Numbered from the stretch's first letter, positions 46,580 to 59,689 are shown. The stretch: DNA of 64,000 nt from Okamejei kenojei (GCA_035221665.1 CM069132.1:131378001-131442000), one strand, 5' to 3'. Notes: generated by a model not told the origin, from the letters alone. Numbers and translations: made by a program.

Positions 46580-47600
46580 TCAATACTTTGTAGAACCACC
46601 TTTCGCTGCAATTACAGCTGCAAGTCTTTTGGGGTATGTCTCTACCAGCTTTGCACATCTAGAGACTGACATTTTTGCCCATTCTTCTTTGCAAAATAGC
46701 TCAAGCTCAGTCAGATTGGATGGAGAGCATCTGTGAACAGCAATTTTCAAGTCTTGCCAGAGATTATCAATTGGATTTAGGTCTGGACTTTGACTGGGCC
46801 ATTCTAACACATGAATATGCTTTGATCTGAACCATTCCATTGTAGCTCTGGCTGTATGTTTAGGGTTGTTGTCCAGCTGGAAGGTGAACCTCCGCCCCAG
46901 TCTCAAGTCTTTTGCAGACCCTAACAGGTTTCCTTCCAAGATTGCCCTGTATTTGGCTCCATCCATCTTCCCATCAACTCTGACCAGCTTCCCTGTCCCT
47001 GCTGAGGAAAAGCATCCCCATAGCATGATGCTGCCACCACCATGTTTCACAGTGGGGATGGTATGTTCAGGGTGATGTGCAGTGTTAGTTTTCCGCCACA
47101 CATAGCGTTTTGCATTTAAGCCAAAAACTTCAATTTTGGTCTCATCAGACCAGAGCACCTTCCTCCACATGTTTGCTGTGTCCCCCACATGGCTTGTGGC
47201 AAACTGCAAATGGGACTTCTTATGGCTTTGTTTCAACAATGGATTTCTTCTTGCCACTCTTCCATAAAAGGCCTGATTTGTGGAGTGCACAAATAATAGT
47301 TGTCCTGTGGACAGATTCTCCCACCTGAGCTGTGGATCTCTGCAGCATCTCCAGAGTTACCACGGGCCTCTTGGCTGCTTCTCTGATCAATGCTCTCCTT
47401 GCCCGGCCTGTCAGTTTAAGTGGACGGCCATGTCTTGGTAGGTTTGCAGTTGTGCCATACTCTTTCCATTTTCGGATGAAGGATTGAACAGTGCTCAATG
47501 AGATGTTCAAAGCTTGGGATAGTTTTTGTTAACCTAACCTTGCTTTAAACTTCTCCACAACTTTATCCCTGACCTGTCTGGTGTGTTCCTTGGGCTTCAT
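46580..47600 (-). pseudogene. Tc1 transposase, inactivated
   Basis: MKPKEHT start; early TAA near 47530; frameshift near 47270; WSDETKI, DNNPKH and SPDLNPIDNLW (catalytic E changed to D); ends AKGGSTKY. Confidence 0.93.
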
Positions 47601-47758
47601 GATGCTGTTCGTTCACTAATGTTCTCTAACAAACCTCTGAGGACTTCACAGAACATCTGTATTTATACTGAGATTAGTTTACACACAAGTGGACTCTATT
47701 TACTAATTAGGTGACTTCTGAAGGCAATTGGTTGCACTGGATTTTATTTAGGAGTATC

Positions 47759-48965
47759 AACCATATAACCATATAACAATTACAGCACGGAAACAGGCCC
47801 TCTCGGCCCTTCCAGTCCGTGCCGACCATTTGTTTTCCCCTAGTCCCATCTACCTGCACTCAGACCATACCCCTCCATTCCCTTCACGTCCATATACCTA
47901 TCCACTTTACTCTTAAATGTTAAAATCGATCCTGCCTCCACCACTTCTGCTGGAAGCTGATTCCACACAGCCACCACCCTCTGAGTAAAGAAGTTTCCCC
48001 TCACGTTACCCCGAAATACCTCTGTCCCTTAATTCTCATGTCATGCCCTCTTGTTTGAATCTTCCCTACCCTCAATGGGAAAAAAACGTATCCACGTCAA
48101 CTCTGTCTATCCCTTTCATCATTTTAAAGACCTCAATCAAGTCCCCCCTTAACCATCTGCGCTCCAAAGAATAAAGACCTAACTTGTTCAACCTTTCTCT
48201 GTAACATAGTTGCTGGAACCCTGGCAACATTCTAGTAAATCTCCTCTGTACTCTCTCTATTTTGTTGACATCCTTCCTATAAACTAGGCGACCAAAATTG
48301 TACACCATACTCCAGAATTGGTCTTACCAATGCCTTGTACAATTTTAACATTACTTCCCTACTCCTATATTCAATGCTCTGATTTATAAAGGCCAGCACA
48401 CCAAAGGCTTTCTTTACCACCCTATCTACATGCGATTCCACCTTCAGGGAACTATGCACAGTTATTCCTAGATCCCTCTGTTCCACAGCATTCCTCAATT
48501 CCCTACCATTTACCATGTACGTCCTATTTTGATTTGTCCTGCCAAGATGTAGCACTTCACACTTATCAGCATTAAACTCCATCTGCCATCTTTCAGCCCA
48601 CTTTTCCAAATGGCCCAAATCTCTCTGTAGACTTTGAAATCTACTTCATTATCCACAACACCACCTATCTTAGTATCATCTGCATACTTACTTATCCAAT
48701 TTTCCACCCCATCATCCAGATCATTGATGTACATGACAAACAACAGTGGACCCAACACAGATCCCTGAGGCACCCCACTGGTCACCGGCTTCCAACCTGA
48801 CAAACAGCCATCCACCATTACTCTCTGACATCTCCCATTCAGCCACTGTTGAATCCATCTTGCTACTCCGCCATTAACACCCAAAGATTGAACCTTCTTA
48901 ACCAACCTTCCATGGGGAACCTTGTCAAAGGCCTTACTGAAATCCATATAGACAACATCCACTGC
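47759..48965 (-). mobile_element. CR1 family B, 5'-truncated copy inserted in the Tc1 5' region
   Basis: AVDVVYMDFSKAFD..VPQGSVLGP..YADD..SAGRWD with small indels; (GGTTATAT)n tail; Tc1 sequence GGAGTATCA resumes as CAGAGTAAAGGGGGC. Confidence 0.95.
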
Positions 48966-49851
48966 AGAGTAAAGGGGGCTGAATACTTTTGCACGCCACA
49001 CCTTTCAGTTTTATATTTGTAAAAAAAATTTGAAAGCCATGTATCATTTTCCTTCCACTTTACAATTATGCGCCACTTTGTGTTGGTCTATCACATAAAA
49101 TCCCAATAAAATACATTTACGTTTGTGGTTGTAATGTGACAAAATGTGGAAAAGTTCAAGGGGTATGAAAACTTTTGCAAGCCACTGTATAGCCTTGTAA
49201 CTGATGGACAAGAGAATTAACACTTTGAGGCTTTGTTGTGAGAAGCATCTGTTCAAAATGCTTTGCTTGATTGGAGCATGTTCCACAGTTGCTCCAAAAA
49301 TTAATTCCTAATTCATTCACTGTTATTTAGTCCCATTTTATTTTAAATGAAATATGTTCCTCTTGTACCTCCCCACCACTCGAGTCAGGACTCACACTTC
49401 TGATTTATTTTTTGTTATTTACAGATTTTAATTAGCAACTCTAGGAGATTATCCACTGTTGCTTTCCATGCAAATGGCAGCTGCCATCCCAAATTTGAAA
49501 CTGAAGAAGTTTCCAATAATTTGCTTTTCGCGTGCTGCACATTCTGAATATGAACGCGTTCACATTTCAACATCCGAAAACTGTCCCTTGTCACTGCAAC
49601 AGTGTGCCCAAGGATCATTTGCCCTTGTAGTCATTGACAAATCAATTGCCTATATAACGTTTAGAAGCTTGAAGACTGTCTTTGCTACCAACAAAAGGAG
49701 ATTACTCTCACAATTGAGCATGGTGTTCAAAATTATTCTGAACAGAAAATAAACATTCAGTTTAAAAACTGCCCACAGTCTTTGTACTCCACACAAGTCT
49801 TCGCCCATTGCATCTACCTGAAGTCTGGTGATCAGCAGCACCACTTCCTTG

Positions 49852-50062
49852 GTTTAGTTTCGTTTAGAGATACTGCACGGAAACAGGCCTTTCAGCCCAC
49901 ACCGACCAGTGATATCCGCACTATCCTACACATTCTAGAGACAATTTACATTTATACCAAGCCAATTAACCTACAAACCTGTACGTCTTTGGAGTGTTGG
50001 AGGAAACCGAAGATCTCGGAGAAAACCTACGCAGTCAACTCTATCGCTGCACTACCGTGCCA
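49852..50062 (-). mobile_element. V-SINE copy with internal deletions
   Basis: Reverse complement GGCACGGTAGTGCAGCGATAGAGTTG..TTTCCTCCAACACTCCAAAGACGTACAGGTTTGTAGG..TATCTCTAAAC. Confidence 0.8.
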
Positions 50063-51184
50063 CCCTTGGTTCTTTTGTATTCATTGCAAACCTGCATTGG
50101 CTGCAGCATTGAGAACCTGCAATTCATGTCACACATATCCACGACTACAGAGATCCCCACACCACCCACGAAGGGAACCCCACTGGAGAGAGCTTCTGGG
50201 ACTCGCTTCACATTTTGATTAGAGGTGAAACAGATTTCCAGTGGTTTTGCACTACCAAGTCAAAATGGCTCCTTCTCCTATCTGTGGTTGGAAAGAATGA
50301 AACTTCTCCCAACAAGTCCTCTTCTAGTGCCACTAATTTATAACCATTCGTCTAAAATAGTGAAGTTTCCCCATAAAATAGGCAGTTTATTATAATTGTA
50401 GTTATTCCACACAAAAAAAAATCCACACAGCTATATTTAGCAGAACGAATGTGCATCTTAAAATGAGATTTCTTTATGAAACTTTTCTCAGTATATATTC
50501 ATGAATTCTCAGCAAAAACCTGTCACTGCTGAAAGAATAATCTTGCTGCTCCATTCCTGGGTGGTATGGGTGAAAAAGGACTGTCAAATAGATTTAAAAG
50601 TTTCACTTTTAAATAAAGCATATATAATACTTGGTGATTATAATAGAATAAACTGTAAAATTAAATAAAATTATCAAGATGAATGCTCCCTACAAAGATG
50701 TTGCCCGACCCGCTGAGTTTCTCTAACAGTTTGCTATTCTGTAAATGTTCAAACATTTTAATAAGAACAGACAATAATTTAGCAATAGCTATTTAATAAT
50801 ATTTAAATAGCTATTTAAGAAAGCACTAAGAAAGGACATTTCATATTTTCTCATTGTTGCACTATCAAAAGGGCCTGACGGCTAAAGTAGTCACACCAAC
50901 TGCACAATTTTAAGCTTGTTATAGTCAAGACATCAATCCACTTCTACGCATCTTTATTTGAAAAAGCAAAAAAAGCTTTGAGATATTTTACCATCGGAGT
51001 GTTGCCAATGATAATTTTCTCAATGTTTTCCTGCCTCACTGCAGTTTGTTATCAGAACAATTTTAATAATAGCTATAAAAATATATATAATTTTACTGGT
51101 TTGCTCCAATGTTGCAATGTTCAAAGGTTGTTTAAAATTATGGGTTTCTCTTTTCATTTTATATAAACTTAATATTTAGATAGA

Positions 51185-51345
51185 TTCAGAGTCATTGAGC
51201 ATGGAAATAAGTCCTTAAATCAAACGTGTCCATGATAACCAAGGTACCCCATTTAAGATCGTCACATTTGCCTGCATGTCCTTCTAAACCTTTCCTATGC
51301 ACATACCAACCCCAAGGTCTCTTAAATGTACCTGCCTTCACTACT
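51185..51345 (-). mobile_element. Old CR1 3' end fragment
   Basis: Minus-strand AEVVKAGTFKR..RKGLEG.. followed by 3'UTR. Confidence 0.6.
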
Positions 51346-51470
51346 TCGGCACTCGTTCCTGTTATGGGCTTTGACCTCAGATTTCTGTGCATCAATCCTG
51401 TGATGGGTCCTGCCGTTAACTGTATACATTCCACTTAGATTTGTCCTCTAAGTGCAACACCTCCCACTTA

Positions 51471-52335
51471 GGGCGGCACAGTAGCGCAGCAGTAGAGCTG
51501 ATGCATTACACCGGGGTTCGATCCTGACTCTAGGCACTGTCTGTACAGAGTTTGCACATTCTTCATGTGATTGCATGGGTTTCCTCCCACACTCCGGAGA
51601 CGTACGAGTTTGTAGGTTAATTGGCTTCTGCAAATTGTCCCAAGTGTGTAGGATAGAACTAGTGGATGGGTGATTGCTGGTCGACGTGAACTTCCACACT
51701 GCATTTCTAAATTAAACAAGGCTGTGGCAGTGGGAATCCTTAGCACATCTGTTGCTGTATAATACTGCATGTTGTAAGCAACAGGTTTGTAGATTAACTG
51801 GCTTTGGCAAAATTGTAAATTACCCCTTGTGTGTAGGATAGTGCTAGTGTATGGGGTGATCGCTGGCCGGTGTGTACTCGGTGGGCCGAAGGGCCTGTTT
51901 CCTGAAGTCTAAAGTCTTGTTTAAACTCCATTGGCCATTTCTCAACACATATCTGCAAATCATCTCTATCCCACTGTTTTTTAATGTCGTTTTGTGATAG
52001 ATTTGTACATTTTTAAAAAGGAGAAACGGTGGCACGGAGGCACAGCGGTAGAGTTGCTGCCTTACAATGCCAGAGACCCGGGTTCGATCCTGACTACGGG
52101 TCCTTCTCTGTACAGAGTTTGTACGTTCTCCCCATGACCTGCGTGGGTTTTCTCCGGGTGCTCCGGTTTCCCCCCACACTTCAAAGATGTCCAGGTTTGT
52201 CAGTTAATTGGTTTTGGTAAAATTGTAAATTGTCCTTTGTATGTAGGATAGTGTTAGTGTACCGGGATCGTTGGTCAACGCGGATTGGTGGGCTGAAGGG
52301 TCTGTTTTCGTGTGGTATCTCCAAACTAAGCTAAC
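51471..52335 (+). mobile_element. Cluster of V-SINEs (51471-51715, partial 51780-51915, near-complete 52027-52330)
   Basis: Best copy: GGCACAGCGGTAGAGTTGCTGCCTTACAATGCCAGAGACCCGGGTTCGATCC (A/B boxes), V-domain GCGTGGGTTTTCTCCGGGTGCTCCGGTTTCC, CR1-like tail. Confidence 0.9.
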
Positions 52336-53423
52336 AAACTAAAATTCCTATGATTGCCCAAAAACTTCAGAACATTTCTGCCAGTTAATGGGGAATTGTA
52401 AATGTCAGAGAGATATGATCAGGAATTCTTGACTGTGTTTGGAGTCAAATTGCAGCACTGTGACAATACTAACTTTACTTTAAAGCCAGATTCCCTCTCA
52501 AACACAGCACTGATAACAAATCATTTTGACGTATACAAATAAACCCAGTTTATCCCTTATTACTGGAGTGCAGAATTGATGGATTAAAAAAAGAATTAAA
52601 AGCAATCAATTGCTTTTGCAAACTGAAACAAGAGAGATTTAATTCTCAATTTAATTGGAATGTTTTTAGGCGTTAGAATTTAGCTTTCAAGTCCAACTCT
52701 GCAAAATGCATTCAAACAAAAAGACCCCAAACAGAACACAGATCAAATAGGATGCCAAGGTCAGAAGTGGAATAATTGGGAAAGCACCTGTCTTCTCAAG
52801 AAAAACAAAGTTTTCAATTCCATCTACTGTTTGCATGGCCCATTGACAACCATTTCTCGACATTAAAAGAAGCATTTCCACCAGTGATGGCCCAAAACTG
52901 TGGATTCTAACTGCCAGAACATGTTTTTCAATTGTTTTAATGTTATAGCTGTCCATTTTGTGAAGCAAATGAGCTTTATAAGGCTGCAGCAGTCCACACT
53001 TTTCTCTAATGCCAGAATTACTCGCAATAGCCCCAAACTAAAAAAGTTATTCTCCGATAGCACAGATGTGTACGCTTCGTGATTTGTTTACTCAATCTGA
53101 GAGCAATCTCTATTCTTAGACACCCATACTGTTAACCAATGCTCACCAAGGTAATGTAATAGAATCACCTTCACATCTTTAAGATTCATGGTGCTAAATC
53201 TGAACAAAATACTCTAAATGTGGACTCAATGTCTTGTACAACTGTAACATGACCTCCAAACTTATACACTCAATACTCTGACTGATGAACGCCAATGTGC
53301 CAAAAGCCTTCCTGACAGCCCTATCTACCTAGTGATGCCACTTTCAAGGAACCATGTACGTGCACTCCTCGATCCATCTGTTCTACAATACTGCCCAGAG
53401 CCCTACCTTTAACCATGTAGGTT

Positions 53424-54191
53424 TGTAAATAGCTAATTCTAAGTTCCCCCCAGTCTAGTTTCAGTCAATAAAATACTGAATCAAGCTCGTGAGCAACTAA
53501 CCTTTACTTTGGATAACACAACAGTTCCCCTATACAATGCCTAAACACCGCAGGTTTCATCCTTGTATCTGCTTGGCCAAGCTCTTCTAGCCTCGTGCAA
53601 GCAGGGAAACTCCAAAAGGTCACGCAGTTCCAAGCGTTCTTCCGGAAGATCGACATCGGACCTCGTGGGAGCTACCTTTTATAGGTCCCCGAACTTTGAG
53701 GGGCCGAACCACATGGGGGTGGTCTTTATACGGTCCAATAACACATATCGATTAACACAGTACATGATAGACAGTTCCCTAACCCAATAACACAGCAACT
53801 AAGACATTGTATCTAGCAAGGCTTCAAGATGGAAGCTAACACAGATGAATAATGCAACATGTGCCTTGGGATTCAGACAACCCAGACAAAACTTAACATT
53901 TCAACCAAACAACAACTATCCAAATAAGGCCTTGCAACATTATTTACACTATGTATATCTGGTTTGCATTGACCCAATCAGTTCCATTTATTTTACACCT
54001 TATTGTAAGACACCGCAGATGTCCCATTCTTTCTCTGTATCTCTTATCTTAGCCACAGACAAACTGGCACCATTCAGCAGCGTGTCTCAGTTCTGCAAAG
54101 GCACATTAAACTTGATCAAAACGGCCTAGCAGAACACAAGCCCTTACTCAATATTAATGTCATGGCTGCTCCAATTTAGCCAGGATTAACA
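53424..54191. mobile_element. Solo LTR-like insertion (768 bp), possibly with a second LTR nested inside
   Basis: Begins TGTAAAT and ends ATTAACA; 4-bp TSD GGTT (53420-53423, 54192-54195); removing it restores CR1 continuity; ATTAAA at 54105-54110. Confidence 0.72.
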
Positions 54192-54522
54192 GGTTCTGCC
54201 CTGGCTTGACTTACCAAAACTTCCCTCACACTTCTCTGTGTTAAGCTCCATCAACCATTCTTCAGCCCACCCGCCCAACGGAGCCAGATCCTGTTGCAAT
54301 TTTTGACAACCATCTTCACTACCAACAATACCACCCATTTTTGTGTCATCTGCAAACTTGCTAAACACGTTCTCATCTAAATCATTGTTATAGATAAAAA
54401 ACTGCAATGGTCCCAGCACCAAACCCTGAGGTACATCGCTAGTCACAGACCTCCAGCCCAAAAAACAAACTTCCACTTTCACCCTCTGCTTCTTTCCGTG
54501 AAGCCAATTTTCTAATCAGTCA

Positions 54523-54620
54523 AGATAGACACAAAAAGCTGGTGTAACTCAGCGGGAATGCAGCATCTCTGGAGAGAAGGAATGGGTAACGTTTCAGGTC
54601 GAGACCCTTCTTCAGACAGA
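54523..54620 (-). mobile_element. Penelope-like terminal repeat with intact hammerhead core
   Basis: Reverse complement of 54588-54615 is CTGAAGA-AGGGTCTCGACCT-GAAA-CGTT. Confidence 0.72.
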
Positions 54621-55423
54621 TAGCTCACAGACAGAGATATCATGAAATCCAACCTTCCAGAGTAGCTTACCATTCGGAACCTTGTGAAATGCCTTGCTGA
54701 AAGCCAATTGTACAAGATCTACAGCTCTTCCCTCAATCTATTTGGTCACAATTTCACAAAACTCAGATTTGTGAGACTGTCAGCACACAAAAACTCCATA
54801 TATACTCGCTGGTACAGCAGTTAGTGCGATTAGTTCACAGTCCAGTGAGCTGGGCTTGTTCCTGACTCTTGATGCAGTCTCTGTGATCATGTGGTTTCCT
54901 CCAGTGCCCAGTTCCCTCCACATCTTACATGTATGCTGGTAGTATAATTGGCTACCGTAAATTATCCGTGGTGTGGGAAGCCGAAAAAAGAATCAAAAGC
55001 AAATTGATGGGTATGTGCAGGCGAGAAGTTCCACTGCTGTTGGAAAATAAGAAGGGGAGGGCAACTGACAGAATTGCTACTCGGAGAACTGGGTATGGCC
55101 TCTCCTTTGTGTCTTCACAAGCCAAGGATAAGTAACAGTAGATTCACACCAAATCAAATGTGCCTGGAGGTACAACCTGAATGAGTCATTAAACTGCAAT
55201 TTTCTGCTCTGCAGATGATATTGCTCTGGTCAAAGTCTGCAATCACTCAAAAACAGTTGATAACAAGGCAAACATAATGTAAAACAATTTGGCAGACAGT
55301 ACATTGAAGCAGTAAATTTAAATCTAACAAGTTTGGTGAGGCTTTGCTGGCAAGACTACAACTTGCCCTTCCTGGTGGGAAAGACAATGAAGGCGGCTTT
55401 CTTAAATTGCTGCTTCCAGTCAT

Positions 55424-58165
55424 ACATAGAAACATAGAAACATAGAAATTAGGTGCAGGAGCAGGCCATTCGGCCCTTTGAGCCTGCACATACCCATTCA
55501 ATATGATCATGGCTGATCATCCAACTCAGTATCCCGTACCTGCCTTCTCTCCATACCCCCTGATCCCTTCAGCCACAAGGGCCACATCCAACTCCCTCTT
55601 AAATATGGCCAACGAACTGGCCTCAACTACCTTCTGTGGCAGAGAATTCCACAGATCCACCACTCTCTGTGTGAAAAACGATTTTCTCATCTCAGTCCTA
55701 AAAGACTTCCCCCTTATCCTTAAACTGTGACCCCTTGTCCTGGAGTTCCCCAACATCGGGAACAATCTTCCTGCATCTAGCCTGTCCAACCCCTTAAGAA
55801 TTTTGTAAGTCTCTATGAGATCACCCCTCAATCTTCTAAATTCCAGCGAGTACAAGCCAAGTCTATCCAGTCTTTCTTCATATGGAAGTCGTGCCATCCC
55901 AGGAATCAGTCTGGTGAACCTTCTCTGTACTCCCTCTATGGCAAGAATGTCTTTCCTCAGATTAGGAGACCAAAACTGTACACAATACTCCAGGTGTGGC
56001 CTCACCAAGACCCTGTACAACTGCAGTAGAACCTCCCTGCTCTTGTACTCAAATCCTTTTGCTATGAATGCCAACATACCATTCGCTTTCTTCACAGCCT
56101 GCTGCACCTGCATGCCTACTTTCAATGACTGGTGTACCATGACACCCAGGTCTCGCTGCATCTCCCCTTTTCCTAATCGGTCACCATTCAAATAATAGTC
56201 TACCTTCCTGTTTTTGCCACCAAAGTGGATAACCTCACATTTATCCACATTATACTGCATCTGCCATGCACCCAGTCTATCCAAGTCATCCTGCAGCCTC
56301 CTAGCATCCTCCTCACAGCTAACACTGCCCCCCAGCTTCGTGTCATCCGCAAACTTCGAGATGTTGCATTTAATTCCCTCGTCCAAATCATTAATGTATA
56401 TTGTAAATAGCTGGGGTCCCAGCACTGAGCCTTGCGGCACCCCACTAGTCACTGTCTGCCATCCTGAAAAGGACCCGTTCACTCCTACTCTTTGCTTCCT
56501 GTCTGCCAGCCAGTTCTCTATCCACATCAATACTGAACCACCAATACCATGTGCTTTAAGTTTGTATACCAATCTCTTGTGTGGGACCTTGTCGAAAGCC
56601 TTCTGAAAGTTCAGATACAACACATCCACTGCTTCTCCCTGATCCACTCTACTAGTTACATCCTCAAAAAATTCAATAAGATTCGTCAGACATGATTTAC
56701 CCTTCGTAAATCCATGCTGACTTTGTCCAATGATTTCACCACTTTTCAACTGCGCTGCTATCCCATCTTTAATAATTGACTCTAGCAGTTTCCCCACTAC
56801 TGATGTTAGACTAACTGGTCTGTAATTCCCCGTTTTCTCTCTCCCTCCCTTTTTAAAAAGTGGGGTTACATTAGCTACCCCCAATCCTCAGGAACTACTC
56901 CAGAATCTAAAGAGTGTTGAAAGATTATCACTAAGGCATCTGCTATTTCTGGGGCTACTTCCTTAAGTACCCTGGGATGCAGCCTATCTGGCCCTGGGGA
57001 TTTATCGGCCTTTAATCCGTTCAATTTACCCAACACCACTTTCCGTCTAACCTGGATTTCACTCATTTCCTCCATCTCATTTGACCCGCGATCCCCTGCT
57101 ATTTCCGGCAAATTATTTATGTCTTCCTTAGTGAAGACATAACCAAAGTAGTTATTCAATTGGTCTGCCATGTCCTTGTTCCCCATGATCAATTCACCCG
57201 TTTCTGAGTAGAAGCGACCTACATTTGTTTTAACTAATCTTTTGCGCTTCACATATCGATAAAAACTTTTGCAGTCAGTTTTATGTTTCCTGCCAGTTTT
57301 CTTTCATACTCCATTTTCCCTTTCCTAATTAAGCCCTTTGTCCTCCTCTGTTGGTCTCTGAATTTCTTCCAGTCCTCTGGTAGGCTACTTTTTCTGGCTA
57401 ATTTGTACGCTTCATCTTTTTCTTTGATACTATCCCTGATTTCCCTCGTTATCCACGGATGTGCCACCTTCCCTGATTTATTCTTTTGCCATACTGGGAT
57501 GAACAATTGTTGTAGTTCATCCATGCAGTCTTTAAATGCCTTCCATTGCATATCCACCGTCAACCCTTCAAGAATCAATTGCCAGTCGATCTTGGCCAAT
57601 TCACGTCTCATACCCTCAAAGTTACCTTTCTTTAAGTTCAGGACCCGTGTTTCTGAATTAACAATGTCGCTCTCCATCCTAATGAAGAACTCAACCATAT
57701 TATGGTCACTCTTGCCCAAGGGGTCACGCACAACAAGGCTGCTAACTAACCCTTCCTCATTACTCAATATCCAGTCTAGAATAGCCTGCTCTCTCGTTGG
57801 TTCCTCCACATGTTGGTTTAGAAAACTATCCCGCATACATTCCAAGAAATCCTCTTCCTCAGCACCCCTACCAAATTTGATTCACCCAATCTATATGTAG
57901 ATTGAAGTCACCCATTATAACGGTGTTACCTTCGTTGCACGCTTTTCGAATTTCCTGTTTGATGCCATCGCCAACTCCACTACTACTGTTAGCTGGCCTG
58001 TACACAATACCCACTAGCGTTTTCTGCCCCTTAGTGTTTCGCAGCTCCACCCATATCGATTCCACATCTCCAATCTAATGTCATTCCTTTCTATTGCGTT
58101 AATTTCCTCTCTAACCAGCAATGCTACCCCACCTCTTTTTCGTCTCTGTCTATCCTTCCTGAATA
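55424..58165 (-). mobile_element. CR1 family A, 5'-truncated within the endonuclease domain
   Basis: (TTCTATGT)n tail at 55424-55448; ORF2 from the endonuclease (VYRPAN, MGDFNLH, SDHN) through RT. Confidence 0.96.
55526..58160 (-). pseudogene. CR1 ORF2 (APE endonuclease + reverse transcriptase), several frameshifts; RT frame open for 452 aa
   Basis: KSPGPD, NYRPVSLTS, QHGF..KSCLTNL, GVPQGSVLGP, KFADDTK; the first catalytic Asp motif reads YLNFQKAFD (D to N). Confidence 0.93.
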
Positions 58166-58339
58166 CGTTGGGCCATGGAGTGCTTTGGGATGAAGTAACA
58201 GTGTTCTTTCCCCAACTGATACATTTCTGATTAAAATTCTTGTTTTGTTCTGAAGTACAACGAAGGGTAGTGAACTCCCATTCTCCAAATCATTTGGAAG
58301 GCTTTGAACTGAACTGAACTGCCATGGAATAATTGTATA

Positions 58340-58530
58340 TGAAGGAACTGCAGATACTGGTTTACACCAAAAATAGACACAAAATGCTAGAGTAACTCGG
58401 TGGGACAGGCAGTGTATCTGGATAGAAGGAATGGGTGACATTTCAGGATGAGAACCCAAAACATCTCCCATTCCTTCTATCAATAGATGCCTGTCCTGCA
58501 GAGTTACTCCAGCATTTTGTGTCTATCTAT
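58340..58530. mobile_element. Fold-back Penelope-like terminal repeat
   Basis: GAAGGAACTGCAGATACTGG..ATAGACACAAAATGCTAGAGTAACTC and inverted GAGTTACTCCAGCATTTTGTGTCTAT; ATGGAATAATTGTA occurs on both flanks (58324-58337 and 58529-58542), a candidate 14-bp TSD. Confidence 0.8.
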
Positions 58531-58744
58531 GGAATAATTGTAACTGTGCAATCATAGCTGCATTGCGACATCCTAGAAGCCTGCAGCATATTTTGGTTAC
58601 TAAGATGAAGAGCAACAATCTGTTCCTATAGACCAGGTCAGAAAGAACCCAAAACAGATTGCAAACATCACAGAACTGAACAAATGGAACAAACGGCAGA
58701 TGAATGCATTTACTCCACAAGGCAACTGCCCAGATGTTAAAATG

Positions 58745-58930
58745 TAGACAGAAGGAACTGCAGATCTGGAATCTTGAGCAAAACAAAATGTGGGAGGAAC
58801 TCAGAGGCAGACATTATTTGTGGAGGGAATGGACATCAAATCAATTTGAAGAACAGCCTCGACCCAAAAGTTGTCCATTCCCTCCATAAATGATGCCTGA
58901 CCCACAGTTGCTCCTGTCCTCTGCATTTTA
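58745..58930. mobile_element. Diverged fold-back Penelope-like terminal repeat
   Basis: AGGAACTGCAGATCTGGAATCTTGAGCAAAAC..GAGGGAATGGACA and inverted TGTCCATTCCCTC. Confidence 0.55.
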
Positions 58931-59689
58931 CTCAGCTGGTAAAAACTGAAAATTGTACGATTTTTAATTTGGTCAGCAACATTATCATCAGTTCACCACC
59001 CAACTTCAACGCTGATGTTAAACATGGGAAGGCAAAGGTGAAAATGGTCCATAGCACTTCTTCATGGAACATCATGGTGTGAACAGTAGTAGTTTACTGG
59101 AAATCAAACGTTAAATGCTGGATAGATGGATTGATTCACAAAAATAATTAACAATCGTTACTCATCACTATAAATGCAATACACATCCGTGCTTATTGTA
59201 CATTGACTACACATGCAGGATTGTGTTCTGTCCAGCTATCTTGGCAGCCCATGCTGAACTGACAACGTGTTGGGGATCTTACACTTCCTTTGAAGTTTGA
59301 ACATTGAATTAAAGAAGAAAATTTGATTTTTTTTTAATGCCATAAGGGATACAAATTGTTATCAGCATAGGGAGAGGGCCAATAGTGATGACAATGTGTA
59401 ACTGATATTTCACAGAGACCCACATTATTTTAAGCATTTACGTCAAGCATGCTGTGATTCCGTGAATATATTGACCTCTCCTAGAAATATGCCAAGCAAT
59501 AATGTACTGATTTTGTACAAGACACCCTTCCTTCATTAAAATAACTGATCTTGAATTTAACGTCACTACTTACTCAATTTGGTAAAGTTGAAGTCAACAG
59601 GATTTTCCTTCCCAAGTCTGCTAAAGCCCCTCAGCCTTACTTATAACTGCAAGTATATAGAGATGCTGCTTGTAGGCAGTATGGCTGTA

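Larger units (their letters stand above)
46362..49187 (-). mobile_element. Tc1 transposon, second full-length copy, with a nested CR1
   Basis: TA at 46360-46361 and 49188-49189; same TIRs as 4351-5967; ~1.62 kb after subtracting the ~1.2-kb insertion. Confidence 0.97.
53210..54790 (-). mobile_element. Old CR1 RT-region fragment broken by later insertions
   Basis: Minus-strand VTSDVPQGLVLGP..SKFADDTK (54192-54510); the 53210-53423 piece is its direct continuation. Confidence 0.8.

Noticed and set aside
4351-49187. Active Tc1 transposase
   Set aside because: Both copies carry stops or frameshifts, and the second also has the catalytic Glu changed to Asp
52027-52100. tRNA genes at SINE heads (also 2757, 6207, 42352, 60440)
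   Set aside because: The A/B-box-like heads run straight into the V-domain and CR1-like tail and lack a proper acceptor stem, so they are SINEs
53492-53802. AGCAACTAA direct repeat as a 9-bp TSD
   Set aside because: The enclosed segment has no TIRs or poly-tail; the TG..CA/GGTT boundaries explain the region better, so this is probably chance
55815-57900. Plus-strand ORFs up to 205 aa (also minus-strand 15955-16422)
   Set aside because: Antisense shadows of CR1 ORF2
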